This document shows, in pieces, positions 1-10,001 of a DNA stretch of 64,000 bases. Under the pieces are notes generated by a model that saw only the letters and a program-made list of their open reading frames with translations, made no database searches and was not told where the DNA came from. A program made the translations under genes and the position numbers. Source of the DNA: a virus; IMG/VR virus record IMGVR_UViG_3300045974_000760, positions 1 to 64,000 of that record. One strand, given 5' to 3'. Every line of letters begins with the position of its first letter. Positions within the stretch are counted from its first letter, which is position 1.

Positions 1-12
1 CGCACCGAGCAG

Positions 13-492
13 GTGGCCGCCAATAGGGACCCGCTCATTGCCGCACAGGCATCTGCGTACAAGCGGGCCAGCTACTCCGATCCCATTCGGCATGCGGCCA
101 ATCTTCCTTTTAGCTCCCTGTCCGCGCTCGCGGCCCAGATGCGTCTCGGGGTCACGCCCCGGAACATCAATCTCGCCAGCATCCTGGACATGATTCAGCA
201 GACGGCTGCCATCAAGAGCTTCGAGACGTTGCACTACGGGAGCGGACCGACTGCCCCGCTCGACGCCAAGACGTACTTGGACATCGCCCGCATAGCGCTC
301 GAGACCAAGGACTTGCTCAACGACCCCGACCAGCGGATGTACGAGCGCCTCTCGGCGGTTGCTCTTCGTACAGAAGACAAGCCCTCCATCACACTGCGTG
401 AGTTGACGGGCGGGCAGCACACTGTAGATCTAGGCCCCCGCTCTGACCCAACCGTAGGAGGAGAGACAGATGACGCAAGCAGCAGTGAGTGA
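13..492 (+). CDS. Hypothetical phage protein, possibly 5'-truncated; position is compatible with a terminase small subunit
   Basis: ORF with genome-typical codon usage, two genes upstream of the large terminase; no diagnostic motif. Confidence 0.45.
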   Translation: MAANRDPLIAAQASAYKRASYSDPIRHAANLPFSSLSALAAQMRLGVTPRNINLASILDMIQQTAAIKSFETLHYGSGPTAPLDAKTYLDIARIALETKDLLNDPDQRMYERLSAVALRTEDKPSITLRELTGGQHTVDLGPRSDPTVGGETDDASSSE

Positions 493-979
493 AGAAGCAC
501 GAGTCGGTGGTGGCGCAGCACAACAGCTCATCACCCGCATCCCAGATGCCGGCGTGGAGGCTGTGAAGTACTGCCCCCTCATACAGTTCCCCTTCTTCAG
601 CGCCGAGTTCGCGCTGGTAGATCAACCGCGCAAGCTCTCCTTCCACTTCTTCCTCACCGCCAAACAATGGGAGGTTGTGGAGAAGTACAACGACGACACG
701 CTGCGCCCGGTTGAACGCCACTCGTACGCGGCCCAATACAGCGCGGTGAGCCGCTTCTGGAAGGAGACCTTCCCTACGTGCATGGACAAGGTCGCCCAGG
801 AGTACTTCCGTGACACCGCGCCGAACCTGAAGGCCGCCTACACCGAGGAGCTCAACTCCTGGTGGCTCAGCGTCAGCGACGTCGATAACCGCTCTCTCTT
901 CCCGTCACTCTTGGCTGATGACTTCCTCAAGCGTCTCTCCGGCTCACTCGAGACCTTGAACGCCAACGAGAAGCGCTGA
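470..979 (+). CDS. Hypothetical protein
   Basis: 169-aa ORF with AGGAGGAG RBS upstream; overlaps the end of the previous gene. Confidence 0.6.
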   Translation: MTQAAVSEEARVGGGAAQQLITRIPDAGVEAVKYCPLIQFPFFSAEFALVDQPRKLSFHFFLTAKQWEVVEKYNDDTLRPVERHSYAAQYSAVSRFWKETFPTCMDKVAQEYFRDTAPNLKAAYTEELNSWWLSVSDVDNRSLFPSLLADDFLKRLSGSLETLNANEKR

Positions 980-1212
980 ATGCGCCACTCGTACGGGTAC
1001 CACCCCTCCGTCGCCAAGAAGGCCGCGATGTACGCCTTCATCGGCGCGACACCCGTACGAGGAATAGACGAGCCCAGCGGGCAGACAATCGAGTACCCGC
1101 TCTTGTCCTCGAGCGGATCGACGCGGGCACCCAAGCACGTCTGCTCAGGCCCCGCGCGGAACAACGACTCGCCCAGCCGCTTCACGACCGCATCGAACTC
1201 TTCCTGACTCAT
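838..1212 (-). CDS. Hypothetical protein, divergent from terminase
   Basis: 124-aa ORF with AGGA upstream on the minus strand; its start shares CATG 1210-1213 with the terminase start. Confidence 0.5.
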   Translation of the reverse strand: MSQEEFDAVVKRLGESLFRAGPEQTCLGARVDPLEDKSGYSIVCPLGSSIPRTGVAPMKAYIAAFLATEGWYPYEWRIQRFSLAFKVSSEPERRLRKSSAKSDGKRERLSTSLTLSHQELSSSV

Positions 1213-4200
1213 GTTCCATTCCTACAACAAGGACTCCGTCGCAGCCATCGATCCCTCCCTCGAGGACGAGCTCGATGCCCCCCTGACGGACGAGGAGCTC
1301 CTCCTCGCAGAAGATGGGATCCCCTGGTCGCCGCCTGAAGAAGAGTTTCTGAGCTTCATCGATACGGCCTCCGCAAAGCAAGCGCAGCAAAAGCGTATCT
1401 TCCTGACGCCCTCGGAGTTCACGACGTTTGCGTTCCGCATGCCTAAGAGCGACGGGACGGGCTACGAGAACTTCTCCTTCGAAGGTCGCCGCCATGTCAT
1501 TGCGCCCTACAACACTCCGGCGCGCCGGCTACTTCTTGTTGCGGCGCGACAAATTGAGAAGTGCTACCGCGTCACTGGGCTCATACACAGGGCCAACGGC
1601 GAGCTGGTGCCGGCCGGTACGGTGCACGTCGGCGATGCGCTAGCCTGCCTGGACATGGTGAGCGGTTCTGGAACACGCTTCACCGACAGCCCCGTCACTT
1701 GGGTATCAAAGGTTATACGCAAGCCTTGCGTACGCATTACGACCGCGCATGGGCACGAGCTCGAGGTTGCGACGACGCACCCCCTTCGTCTTTGGGACTC
1801 GTGGGTACCTGCGGGTGAGGTAAAAGCGCAGGACCGTGTCGCCTCTGTGCGCAGGGCAGGCTGCTTCGAGTCGGTGGCGGTTGATCCTGGCCGTATCGAG
1901 CTCACCGCCTTTATGCTTGGAGATGGAGGTACGACACAGCCGACCTACACTTTTACGCAGCAGGAAGGCCCCGCAGTACGTCGCTTTGAGCAGGTGCTAG
2001 AGGCAGTAGGGCACACCACGCGCCGCACAATCCGATCTGCGCAGACTGTGCAGCTATTCATCCACAAGAACGGCCCGCTCTACCGCTGGATGAAGGAGGA
2101 CAACCTTCACAGGAAGTACTCCTACGAAAAGACCATCCCCAGCTGGGTATTCAGGCTCAATCGAGAAGGCACCTCCCTCTTTCTCAATCGCCTCTGGTCC
2201 ACGGACGGGCACTGCAAGCAAAACAGTTCCTGCCAGTACTCCCTCGAGTACTGCTCCACTTCCCGTTTGCTTGTTCTGCAGGTGCAGAGCCTCCTGCACA
2301 AGTTCGGTATCCCCTCAACGATTCGAAAGAATCAACCCTCCTACGTCAGCAAGACCGGCGCACCAGTAAGGGTTGCTTACATACTTCGCGTCATAACGCA
2401 GCGGGGCGTTCGCAACTTCCTCGCCGATGTCGGCGCACTGGGAAAGTCGGAGGGCATCGAGCTCCCTACTACCGATGAAAACAACAACCGAGACACAGTA
2501 CCCGAGGGGGTGACCGAACTCATCCGTCGCGTCGATACCTCAAACCCGACACCCATTGGTAGCTTGTATGCTGCCGGATTGCGCCTGACTCCGGAGTACC
2601 CGCCGACGCTGCCGAAGCTCAAGCGTTACGTTGATTTCTTCCGTACCGATCAGGGGTACGACCAGGTGCTTGTCGACGAACTTGAGGCACACACTCAAAG
2701 CGAAATCCTTTGGGATACGGTCAAGTCCGTCGAGAGCATCGGCGAGCAAGAATGCGTCGACTTCGAAGTAGCTAATCATCACAACTTCGTGGCAGACGGC
2801 GTTGTTACGCATAACTCGACCCTGCTCGGCAACTCCGCGCTCTCGCACTGCTGCATGATTCCCGCGTACAAGGTTCTGTACATCAGTCCTTCCGCCACGC
2901 AGACCAAGACATTCAGCGTCGATCGCATCAAGGAACCCATCGAGACCAGTGATGTATTGCGCGCGTACACCACACGTTCGCTCTCACAGAACGTCTTCGA
3001 GAAGCAGTTCGTCAACCGGTCGAAGATTACGCTTCGGTCCGCGTTCCTGAACGCCGACCGCGCCCGCGGCATTCCAGCACATCGACTACTAGTTGATGAG
3101 CTTCAGGACATTCTGACCGACAACATCCCGGTGCTTGAGCAGTGCACCAGCCACGCACCTGAGCACCTCAAGAGATTTATCTACTCGGGCACACCCAAAA
3201 GCCTCGACAATACCATCGAGGTGTACCGCTCCCAGCGTTCGACACAGGGCGAGTGGGCAGTCCCCTGCGACTGCAAGGGCGGGGAAGGCGGACGGCACTG
3301 GAACATCCTCACCGAGAACAGCATCGGGCTCAAGAGCCTCATCTGTGATCGCTGTGGCAAAGCCATTCATCCCATGCACCCAGACGCACAATGGGCGCAT
3401 CAGGTTGCGTGGGACGAGAAGAAGGCCCCGTGGGAAAGCTACCGCATCCCGCAGTTGATGGTTCCGTGGAAGTCGTGGAGCGAGATTCTCTACGATCGCG
3501 ATAACTACCCGCGCGACCGCTTCTACAACGAGGTACTCGGACTCAGCTACGACTCCGGCATGCGGCCCCTCACACGGGCCCAGCTGATTGATTGCTGCAA
3601 CCCCGACGTCCGCCTCAACGAGGATGCCCTCCGCGTCTACCTCGCCAACTCCCGCGAGAACATCATCTACGCTGGTGTGGACTGGGGCGCCGACACAGAC
3701 GCCTCGTTCACGATACTCGTTCTCGGTACCTTCGTGGGCACCACGTTCCGCATCTTCTACGCGCACCGCTTCGTCGGCGAAGACGTCTCCCCCGAGAAGC
3801 AGCTCGACAAGATCTGCGCTGTCCTCCACCACTTCAATGTGCGCCGCGTTGGTACCGACTACGGCGGGGGGCAGTACGGCAACGACCGGCTCGTCCGCAC
3901 CTTCGGTAGGAACCGCATGATGCGGTACCAGTACGTCGGCCGGGCCAAGCGCAAGCTCGAATACAAGCCCCTGCTCAATCGGTTCATGGCCTCACGCACC
4001 GAGGTGATGAGCGACATCTTCAATGCCATCAAGCGGCACCGTATCGAGTTCCCTTGCTGGGAGGACTTCGCGGACCCCTACGGCAATGACATGCTCAACA
4101 TCTTCAGCGAGTACAACGAGCTCCGTCGCGAGGTCGTCTACAAGCACAGCCCAGGCAAACCCGACGACACCTTCCACGCCACAACGTATTGCCTGCTCGC

Positions 4201-4306
4201 AGCAATGATCGACCGCCCCATGCCCGACGTCATCGCACCCAACCGCGAGCTGCCGGGTACGCACTACCAAGGCGGCACGTACACCGGCCCAACCCGTCAG
4301 ACCTAG
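1211..4306 (+). CDS. terL: Terminase large subunit (gpA-like), interrupted by an intein; about 613 aa after splicing
   Basis: Walker A ARQIEK|ST split by the intein; Walker B LLVDELQD; motif III YSGTP; Cys pairs; RNase H-like nuclease motifs YAGVDWG and PDDTFHA. Confidence 0.9.
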   Translation: MFHSYNKDSVAAIDPSLEDELDAPLTDEELLLAEDGIPWSPPEEEFLSFIDTASAKQAQQKRIFLTPSEFTTFAFRMPKSDGTGYENFSFEGRRHVIAPYNTPARRLLLVAARQIEKCYRVTGLIHRANGELVPAGTVHVGDALACLDMVSGSGTRFTDSPVTWVSKVIRKPCVRITTAHGHELEVATTHPLRLWDSWVPAGEVKAQDRVASVRRAGCFESVAVDPGRIELTAFMLGDGGTTQPTYTFTQQEGPAVRRFEQVLEAVGHTTRRTIRSAQTVQLFIHKNGPLYRWMKEDNLHRKYSYEKTIPSWVFRLNREGTSLFLNRLWSTDGHCKQNSSCQYSLEYCSTSRLLVLQVQSLLHKFGIPSTIRKNQPSYVSKTGAPVRVAYILRVITQRGVRNFLADVGALGKSEGIELPTTDENNNRDTVPEGVTELIRRVDTSNPTPIGSLYAAGLRLTPEYPPTLPKLKRYVDFFRTDQGYDQVLVDELEAHTQSEILWDTVKSVESIGEQECVDFEVANHHNFVADGVVTHNSTLLGNSALSHCCMIPAYKVLYISPSATQTKTFSVDRIKEPIETSDVLRAYTTRSLSQNVFEKQFVNRSKITLRSAFLNADRARGIPAHRLLVDELQDILTDNIPVLEQCTSHAPEHLKRFIYSGTPKSLDNTIEVYRSQRSTQGEWAVPCDCKGGEGGRHWNILTENSIGLKSLICDRCGKAIHPMHPDAQWAHQVAWDEKKAPWESYRIPQLMVPWKSWSEILYDRDNYPRDRFYNEVLGLSYDSGMRPLTRAQLIDCCNPDVRLNEDALRVYLANSRENIIYAGVDWGADTDASFTILVLGTFVGTTFRIFYAHRFVGEDVSPEKQLDKICAVLHHFNVRRVGTDYGGGQYGNDRLVRTFGRNRMMRYQYVGRAKRKLEYKPLLNRFMASRTEVMSDIFNAIKRHRIEFPCWEDFADPYGNDMLNIFSEYNELRREVVYKHSPGKPDDTFHATTYCLLAAMIDRPMPDVIAPNRELPGTHYQGGTYTGPTRQT
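1562..2815 (+). mobile_element. Intein with LAGLIDADG homing endonuclease, in the terminase P-loop (418 aa)
   Basis: Starts at Cys (CYRVTG); block B THPL; LAGLIDADG-like AFMLGDGG and LNRLWSTDG; ends VDFEVANHHNFVADGVVTHN followed by Ser. Confidence 0.93.
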
Positions 4307-5025
4307 ACCGAGAGCTCTCGCACCAAGGCGAGCAGCTCTTCCTCTTCCGTCCTCGTCTTGTTCCCCCTCCCCAGCACCGCTTGCGTACGCACGTTCCGCA
4401 TCCCCGCCTCGAGGTACCCCACCGCCGCAGCCAACATCGGCTCCTTCGGCAGGTGACGCGCGCACAAGAGCAGGTACTCCCCGGTCTTCAAGAAGAGCTC
4501 CCAGGGCTCCAGCGAGTGGATGACGTGCAAGCGAACCGCGTGGAAGAACGCTTCATCCATCCCCAACAACCGCGCGCCCCACGTGTAGATCTCCGTGTAC
4601 GAGCTCTCCCCAGTTCGGCGCAGCAGCATCTCCGCGGCCTCCTTGTACAAGGTCACGACGTTCTCCGCACTGATGTCCTGGAGCGTGGATTGGATACCGA
4701 GCACAGTCTGCAGCCGCTTCACCTCCTGGAGCGCTCGCTTGGCACTCAAGCGCGCCTCCCTACACGCGCGGTGAAGAACGGGCAGCGTCAACTTCTGTCC
4801 GCGCAACCAGCGGAGCTCCTGTACGTCTTCCGAGAGGTATGCAGTAGGATTGGTTGCCTCACCCTCCCCGTACAGGCATCCAATACTGCCTGCACGGGCC
4901 AAACGAGCGAGCTCCTCCAAGCTCACTCCCGTCCGTCGACGAGCCTCTTTCGGGGCCATGTAGCCGGGCGGATTCCTTCCCTTGGCTTTCGCCTGCGTGG
5001 TACTTTTTTCTCGAGGAGTCTTCAT
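4303..5025 (-). CDS. Helix-turn-helix (MerR/excisionase-like) DNA-binding protein; start at 5025 or 4959
   Basis: YMAPKEARRRTGVSLEELARLARAGSI...YLSEDVQEL fits a winged-HTH; a coiled coil follows. Confidence 0.55.
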   Translation of the reverse strand: MKTPREKSTTQAKAKGRNPPGYMAPKEARRRTGVSLEELARLARAGSIGCLYGEGEATNPTAYLSEDVQELRWLRGQKLTLPVLHRACREARLSAKRALQEVKRLQTVLGIQSTLQDISAENVVTLYKEAAEMLLRRTGESSYTEIYTWGARLLGMDEAFFHAVRLHVIHSLEPWELFLKTGEYLLLCARHLPKEPMLAAAVGYLEAGMRNVRTQAVLGRGNKTRTEEEELLALVRELSV

Positions 5026-6316
5026 GTCCACTGCTACTGATGCCATCTCCCAGCTGCTCCTGCAGCAACATGCCGCGAAGTCTCGCTCCGGCGAAGACCT
5101 CGAAGTGTTCGGCAAGCACGCGGCCATGAAGTGGCTGCGCGGCGAAGCCCCCACCCTCAGCTCCGCGGTCGTCGAGACCGTCAAGGCCGCCTCCCTCTCC
5201 CCCGCACAAGTACTTCGCGTCGTCGAGTTCGCAAACACCGACGCCTACCTCCAGGAGTTCAAGAAGGAAGGCCGCGCTCACCGCGTCATCGACTTCCCCG
5301 GCGGTCCCGCTGACCCAGCTACCGTCCTGCGCGACCTGAACGACGGCGGTGGAGGAGCTGGTCGAGTCAAGACCGCAGGCCTCGAGGATTACCAGTCCCC
5401 ACCCAAGCAGGCATCGGGCGGGATTGAGTGGCATCGCGAGGCACCCCAGCAAAGCTACATGCCGCTCGCCGACCCGCTCCGTCCAGCCATGGACCTACGC
5501 GTCAAGCTCGCAGGCTCTGCCGAGCACCTGCGCGGCCAGCTCAACTTCGTGGAGCGGGCTTATCGTACCGCGCTGGAGGAGATGGTCAGCGAGGTCAAGC
5601 AAGCCGCCCTGGAAGGTACCTCGCTCTCCGAAGTCGTCGACGCCTTCTCCCAGATCAACTCGCACCCCGAGCTCATCAAGCAAGCCTTCGTCAGCATGAC
5701 GCCCGGCCTGCTGGAGTCCGGCGCGTTCCGAACCCCCACCGATATGGCGAACTCCTTCGAGAAGTTCGCCGCTCACAGCCCCGTCAATCCCGAGCACCCG
5801 CTCATCGGGGCTTACTCCACGTTCTGCGAGACCCTCGTGAAGGCGGCCGAGCTGCGCGCCGAGCTCGATGACTACCAAGAGAACATCGGGCAGCTCGATC
5901 AGTTCTTGAAGGAAGCTGCCGGCGCTGGAGGTGCGTCTGGTCCTTCCCCTTTTCTCGGAGCGTGGGAAGCACTCGGCCCTGCGGCTGAGCGCGCGAGCCA
6001 CGCCTTCCGCAATACAAGTGGCATTATCCCAGCCGCCTCCGAAGCGCTGCACGAAGTGTCCGCCCCTGTCGGGGATTTGGTGCGTGGGGGCCTTGGCCAC
6101 GTGTTCGGCCCAGACTCAAAGGTGACCCGGGGTGTCGGCGGTGCCGTGCAGATGGGCGTGCACCACGCGGTTCCAATCGGCGGCGCCCTCGGGACGTGGC
6201 AAGCGATGCGTCGTCCCGAGGTGCAGCGCGCCATGTACGAAGTCAACAGCCGCTTCAACCCCGCCTCGCAGGCGTACAACGAGCGTCAGTACATGCTCGA
6301 GAACGGAATGGTCTGA
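5024..6316 (+). CDS. Putative head-associated protein with about 9 K-x-A motifs and a Gly-rich C-terminus
   Basis: GAGGAG RBS; VKTAG, PKQAS, VKLAG, VKQAA, IKQAF, EKFAA, LKEAA; lies between terminase and protease. Confidence 0.7.
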   Translation: MSTATDAISQLLLQQHAAKSRSGEDLEVFGKHAAMKWLRGEAPTLSSAVVETVKAASLSPAQVLRVVEFANTDAYLQEFKKEGRAHRVIDFPGGPADPATVLRDLNDGGGGAGRVKTAGLEDYQSPPKQASGGIEWHREAPQQSYMPLADPLRPAMDLRVKLAGSAEHLRGQLNFVERAYRTALEEMVSEVKQAALEGTSLSEVVDAFSQINSHPELIKQAFVSMTPGLLESGAFRTPTDMANSFEKFAAHSPVNPEHPLIGAYSTFCETLVKAAELRAELDDYQENIGQLDQFLKEAAGAGGASGPSPFLGAWEALGPAAERASHAFRNTSGIIPAASEALHEVSAPVGDLVRGGLGHVFGPDSKVTRGVGGAVQMGVHHAVPIGGALGTWQAMRRPEVQRAMYEVNSRFNPASQAYNERQYMLENGMV

Positions 6317-7137
6317 TGTCCACACAAGAGTTCCTCAATCGGATGCGCGAAGTCGAGAAGACCGCCTCCTTCGGCACCGCTGCGAAGGGATTCGGCGGCA
6401 AGGTGCTTGGCGTGGCAGAGAACGGGGCCGCCGCAGGTCTCGGCGCCACGCTGGTAACGGGCATCGGCCTTGCCGCAGCGAAGACCTGGGACGCCATCAC
6501 CAAGCACCAAGACTTCAACTCCATGATTGGGTCCGACCTCAATCAGGACGTCAAGGCGCACTACCAAGCGGACCCCACGCGCGTGAATCAGATGTTCACC
6601 ACGCTCCGCACGATGAACCCGCAGTTCTCGAAGGACCCCCTCGTCGCGGGCAGCTACCTCCGTCGCATGTTGGACGCCCCCCACGCAGCCGGCGGTGTCG
6701 CTACCGAAGCCCTCACACACCGCGATGCCTTCCCCTCTCACGGCATGGACGCGTTCACCCACGGCGTGCAAGAAGGCGGCAAAGCTCACATCACCGAGAG
6801 CATCCGCAACCAATACGCACAACCGAACTTCGAGCGCGAGTTCGCACAGCGCGGGGAACAGAACAATGTGCAGAACTGGCAGTCGGCGATGGGCCACGTC
6901 CAACGCGACCAGCAGTTCGGCAAGCAGCACCAGCAGCGCGAAGACCAGTTCTCGCAGGACTACCACCAGCGCAAGGACCAGTTCAGTGCGCGCATGGGTC
7001 TCGACCAGGACCGCGCTGTGATGGAGGCGCGCGCCCCTTTCTATCCCCCGACAGACAAGGACGGAAACGATCGGCTGGAGGTGTCCGGCGTACAGGTTCC
7101 GGGGCGGCGTAAGTTCATCAACAAGTACAAGAAATAA
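6316..7137 (+). CDS. Putative internal virion protein: N-terminal EKTA motif, Gly-zipper segment, Gln-rich repeats
   Basis: TGATG coupling to the previous gene; VEKTAS; GAAAGLGATLVTGIGLAAA; three QR.(D/Q)QF repeats about 11 aa apart. Confidence 0.65.
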   Translation: MSTQEFLNRMREVEKTASFGTAAKGFGGKVLGVAENGAAAGLGATLVTGIGLAAAKTWDAITKHQDFNSMIGSDLNQDVKAHYQADPTRVNQMFTTLRTMNPQFSKDPLVAGSYLRRMLDAPHAAGGVATEALTHRDAFPSHGMDAFTHGVQEGGKAHITESIRNQYAQPNFEREFAQRGEQNNVQNWQSAMGHVQRDQQFGKQHQQREDQFSQDYHQRKDQFSARMGLDQDRAVMEARAPFYPPTDKDGNDRLEVSGVQVPGRRKFINKYKK

Positions 7138-7140
7138 CCC

Positions 7141-9930
7141 ATGTACAAGATCTCCCACTTCTCAGCCGAACAACACGGAGAGCCCACGGCTATCCCGTTG
7201 TTCACACGCGCAGACACCGCCTTCGAGAAGGTGGCCTCTGCGACGTTGCTACCAGAGGTGGTGAGGTACATCGATACACTTCACCCGCGCCAGGATGCTC
7301 AGTACGTTCTCGACAACGCCCTCGGCGCAGGTGAGTGGTGGTCCTCCAACTCCAATGGAGACCACTTCGAAGAGGCGGGCCTCATACATCGTCCTGATGA
7401 CTGGACGGGCAACCCCCTACTCGACAAGATCAAGGCGAAGGAGTGGGCTTACGGCTTCCCCACTTTCTACAACGCCAAGCCCTTCGGTCACCACAGAAAT
7501 ACTGACCCTACTAGAGCTTATGGCGAGGTAGAGCTCGCGGCTTGGAACGACAAGATGAAGCGCGTCGAGCTCGTCATACGGGTCGACAAGGACAAGTGCT
7601 TCGCGTATGGCGGCGGCGTAGTATGGGACAAGCTCACGGCTGGGCAGTACCCAGATACATCCATGGGCGCCAAGGTGGCGTATGACCTCTGCTTCCCGGC
7701 GGGAACATTGGTGCGCACTACCGAGGGGCACGTACCGATCGAGCAGGTAAGCGTGGGCACGCAGGTACTCACGCACACGGGCAGCATCCGGACGGTGCGC
7801 CGGACGTTTGCGCGTAGCGCTCGGGTAGTTACCGTACGTACGCTGGGCATGCCGGATGTCCAGGCGACGGACAATCACCCGTTTCTCGCTTTGCGCGAAG
7901 CACAGGTGCGCACCTGCAAAGGAACGGCAGGCGGGCGCCGATTGCGGCATTCATTTCATCCCGGTCAGTCCATCTGTAGACACTGCGGCGCCACGCCAAA
8001 CTACGAGATTGTCTGGGCCGCGGCAGGGACCCTTCGGTACGGGGACTACCTCGCTCTGCCTACCGCACCACCTCCGCAAAGGCCGGACACGCAAGATCTC
8101 TCAGCGTTGCGCGCACGCATCCTCGGTTACTACCTAGGTGACGGCTCGATCCAGGTGATGCGTACGCGAAGTACACGGGAGCGGTACGACCAAGGTCTGC
8201 GCTTCTCTGTCGGGGCACACGAACGCGATCACCTACACCGGCTGCTGACTACGCTCACGACAGCGGGCCTTCGTTGCGCCCCGCACATCTACCCAGAATC
8301 AGGGGGACGAAAGGCCCTTATTGTCACGGTGACGGATCCAGTGTTCGCGGCGCAGGTGCGTCGCCTGGGGGGCGCGGGCTCCCGAGGGAAGCGATTGGCG
8401 GAAGATTGCTTCACGTGGACACCGGAAGCAAAGATGGAGCTCGTAGCCGGCTATATCGATACCGATGGGCACTTCAATAAGGCCGGACAAGTTTCGATAG
8501 GTTCGGTGAATCGCGGCCTACTGCTAGATGTGCAGCGCCTACTACTCACGCTCGGAGTGACGGCGTCAGTCGGCTTCTCCGGCACGGCGTCAACGGGCTA
8601 TGCCGTAGGTACGCGTAGTTGGTCACTCCAGTTGTCGGCAGCGGAAGCTCAAAAGTTTCTGGGCCGCTCTACGAAGGTTCGTCCGCGCGAGGTTGCTTGG
8701 GCTAAGCCGTCCTCATTCTTCTGGGGCGGGTACTGGTTCGCGCCAGTGCAAAGCGTGACCGCGAACGAACTAGAGGTACCCGTATACAACATCTCCGTGG
8801 AAGGAGACGAAAGCTACATCGCCGAGGGGCGCGCAGTACACAACTGCTCCATCTGCCTCGACGACAAGTTGTACGCCGAAGCAATCGCCACGTACGACCC
8901 GAAGAAGCACAAGGACCCAGGCGCAGCCGCGCTCGAGTTCCACAAGAAGCTACTAGCTCGCGGCGGTTCTGGAATACGTGGACTAGCCCCCACGCGTAAG
9001 ACGTACTGTCAGCACGCGCGCACCATGATGAACAAGATTCTTCCTGACGGCAGGAAGGTCTGGGTGCGCAATCCATATCCTCGCTTCTTCGATCAGAGCT
9101 TCGTCTTCATCGGCGCAGACAAGACGTCCAAGATGATGATGAAGATTGCCGGGGACGCGAAGAAGTATTGGTTCCTCGGTTCTTCTGCCAAGGTCGCAGA
9201 AGACCTCGGCTTCGTCGACGAGGAAGAAGACAAGGTCGCAGCCTATCGCCCTGTCGCCAAGAGCGCGGAGATTGTGAAGAACATCTCCTCGAACTTCGTT
9301 GGTAGTGCGGTGCCTGTAATGAACAGCAAGGAGAAGGATATCCCGACTCCAATCCTCAATCGCATGGGCGGGGACCTGCCCTCTGCATTGAGCACGTCTG
9401 CGGGCATGGGTATTGTTCTACGCCCCCGTGAGTTCCAGCGTGTTGTACTTGTGAGCATGGGCGACCGCCCACTTGCAGATGAGTTGGACCGCAAGAACGT
9501 TTGCTTTTCTCGTTGCGATGACTCCAGCCCAGCAGGTATGAGCCCAGACCTGTTCAGCATGATTCTCTCGCAGCTTCTTCTCCCCCTCATGCTCGGTCGC
9601 TCGCTGCTCAGGCCAATGGCGGAGCCTCGAGCAGTACTTGCTTGTTGTAGTTCGACGACCAGTAAGCCTGCGTCGTCTACTTCCCTTCCTTCCAAACAGC
9701 TCGATAAGATTGCCAGTGCCTACAACGGGTACCGTGCAGAGCTCATCGACATGATGGCGTACATTCCAGAACTTTTGAAGACGGCGCACAAAGAGGGGGA
9801 ACTCTCCAAGGTGGCGTCGGCGGGTCCGGAAGCGCTATTCTCTCACCTGTCCGTAGGGTACGCGAAGCTCGCCTTCTTGGACGAGTTCGGTGCACCTTCA
9901 GACATTACCGGGCTTCACCCGGGCGTGTAG
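7141..9930 (+). CDS. Putative prohead (maturation) serine protease with intein; about 544 aa after splicing
   Basis: NSNGDHF, FGHHRN (candidate His), TSMG (candidate catalytic Ser), spliced CSIC...YCQH Zn-type motif; position upstream of scaffold and MCP. Confidence 0.7.
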   Translation: MYKISHFSAEQHGEPTAIPLFTRADTAFEKVASATLLPEVVRYIDTLHPRQDAQYVLDNALGAGEWWSSNSNGDHFEEAGLIHRPDDWTGNPLLDKIKAKEWAYGFPTFYNAKPFGHHRNTDPTRAYGEVELAAWNDKMKRVELVIRVDKDKCFAYGGGVVWDKLTAGQYPDTSMGAKVAYDLCFPAGTLVRTTEGHVPIEQVSVGTQVLTHTGSIRTVRRTFARSARVVTVRTLGMPDVQATDNHPFLALREAQVRTCKGTAGGRRLRHSFHPGQSICRHCGATPNYEIVWAAAGTLRYGDYLALPTAPPPQRPDTQDLSALRARILGYYLGDGSIQVMRTRSTRERYDQGLRFSVGAHERDHLHRLLTTLTTAGLRCAPHIYPESGGRKALIVTVTDPVFAAQVRRLGGAGSRGKRLAEDCFTWTPEAKMELVAGYIDTDGHFNKAGQVSIGSVNRGLLLDVQRLLLTLGVTASVGFSGTASTGYAVGTRSWSLQLSAAEAQKFLGRSTKVRPREVAWAKPSSFFWGGYWFAPVQSVTANELEVPVYNISVEGDESYIAEGRAVHNCSICLDDKLYAEAIATYDPKKHKDPGAAALEFHKKLLARGGSGIRGLAPTRKTYCQHARTMMNKILPDGRKVWVRNPYPRFFDQSFVFIGADKTSKMMMKIAGDAKKYWFLGSSAKVAEDLGFVDEEEDKVAAYRPVAKSAEIVKNISSNFVGSAVPVMNSKEKDIPTPILNRMGGDLPSALSTSAGMGIVLRPREFQRVVLVSMGDRPLADELDRKNVCFSRCDDSSPAGMSPDLFSMILSQLLLPLMLGRSLLRPMAEPRAVLACCSSTTSKPASSTSLPSKQLDKIASAYNGYRAELIDMMAYIPELLKTAHKEGELSKVASAGPEALFSHLSVGYAKLAFLDEFGAPSDITGLHPGV
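7690..8844 (+). mobile_element. Intein with LAGLIDADG homing endonuclease, in the protease (385 aa)
   Basis: CFPAGTLV start; ATDNHPF; LGYYLGDGS and LVAGYIDTDG; VYNISVEGDESYIAEGRAVHN followed by Cys. Confidence 0.95.
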
Positions 9931-10001
9931 AGGGTACTACCCTCCGTGACACGAGACGTTCAGTAGCAGCAACCGCACAACCTCTCCGGAGAATCGATCA
10001 C

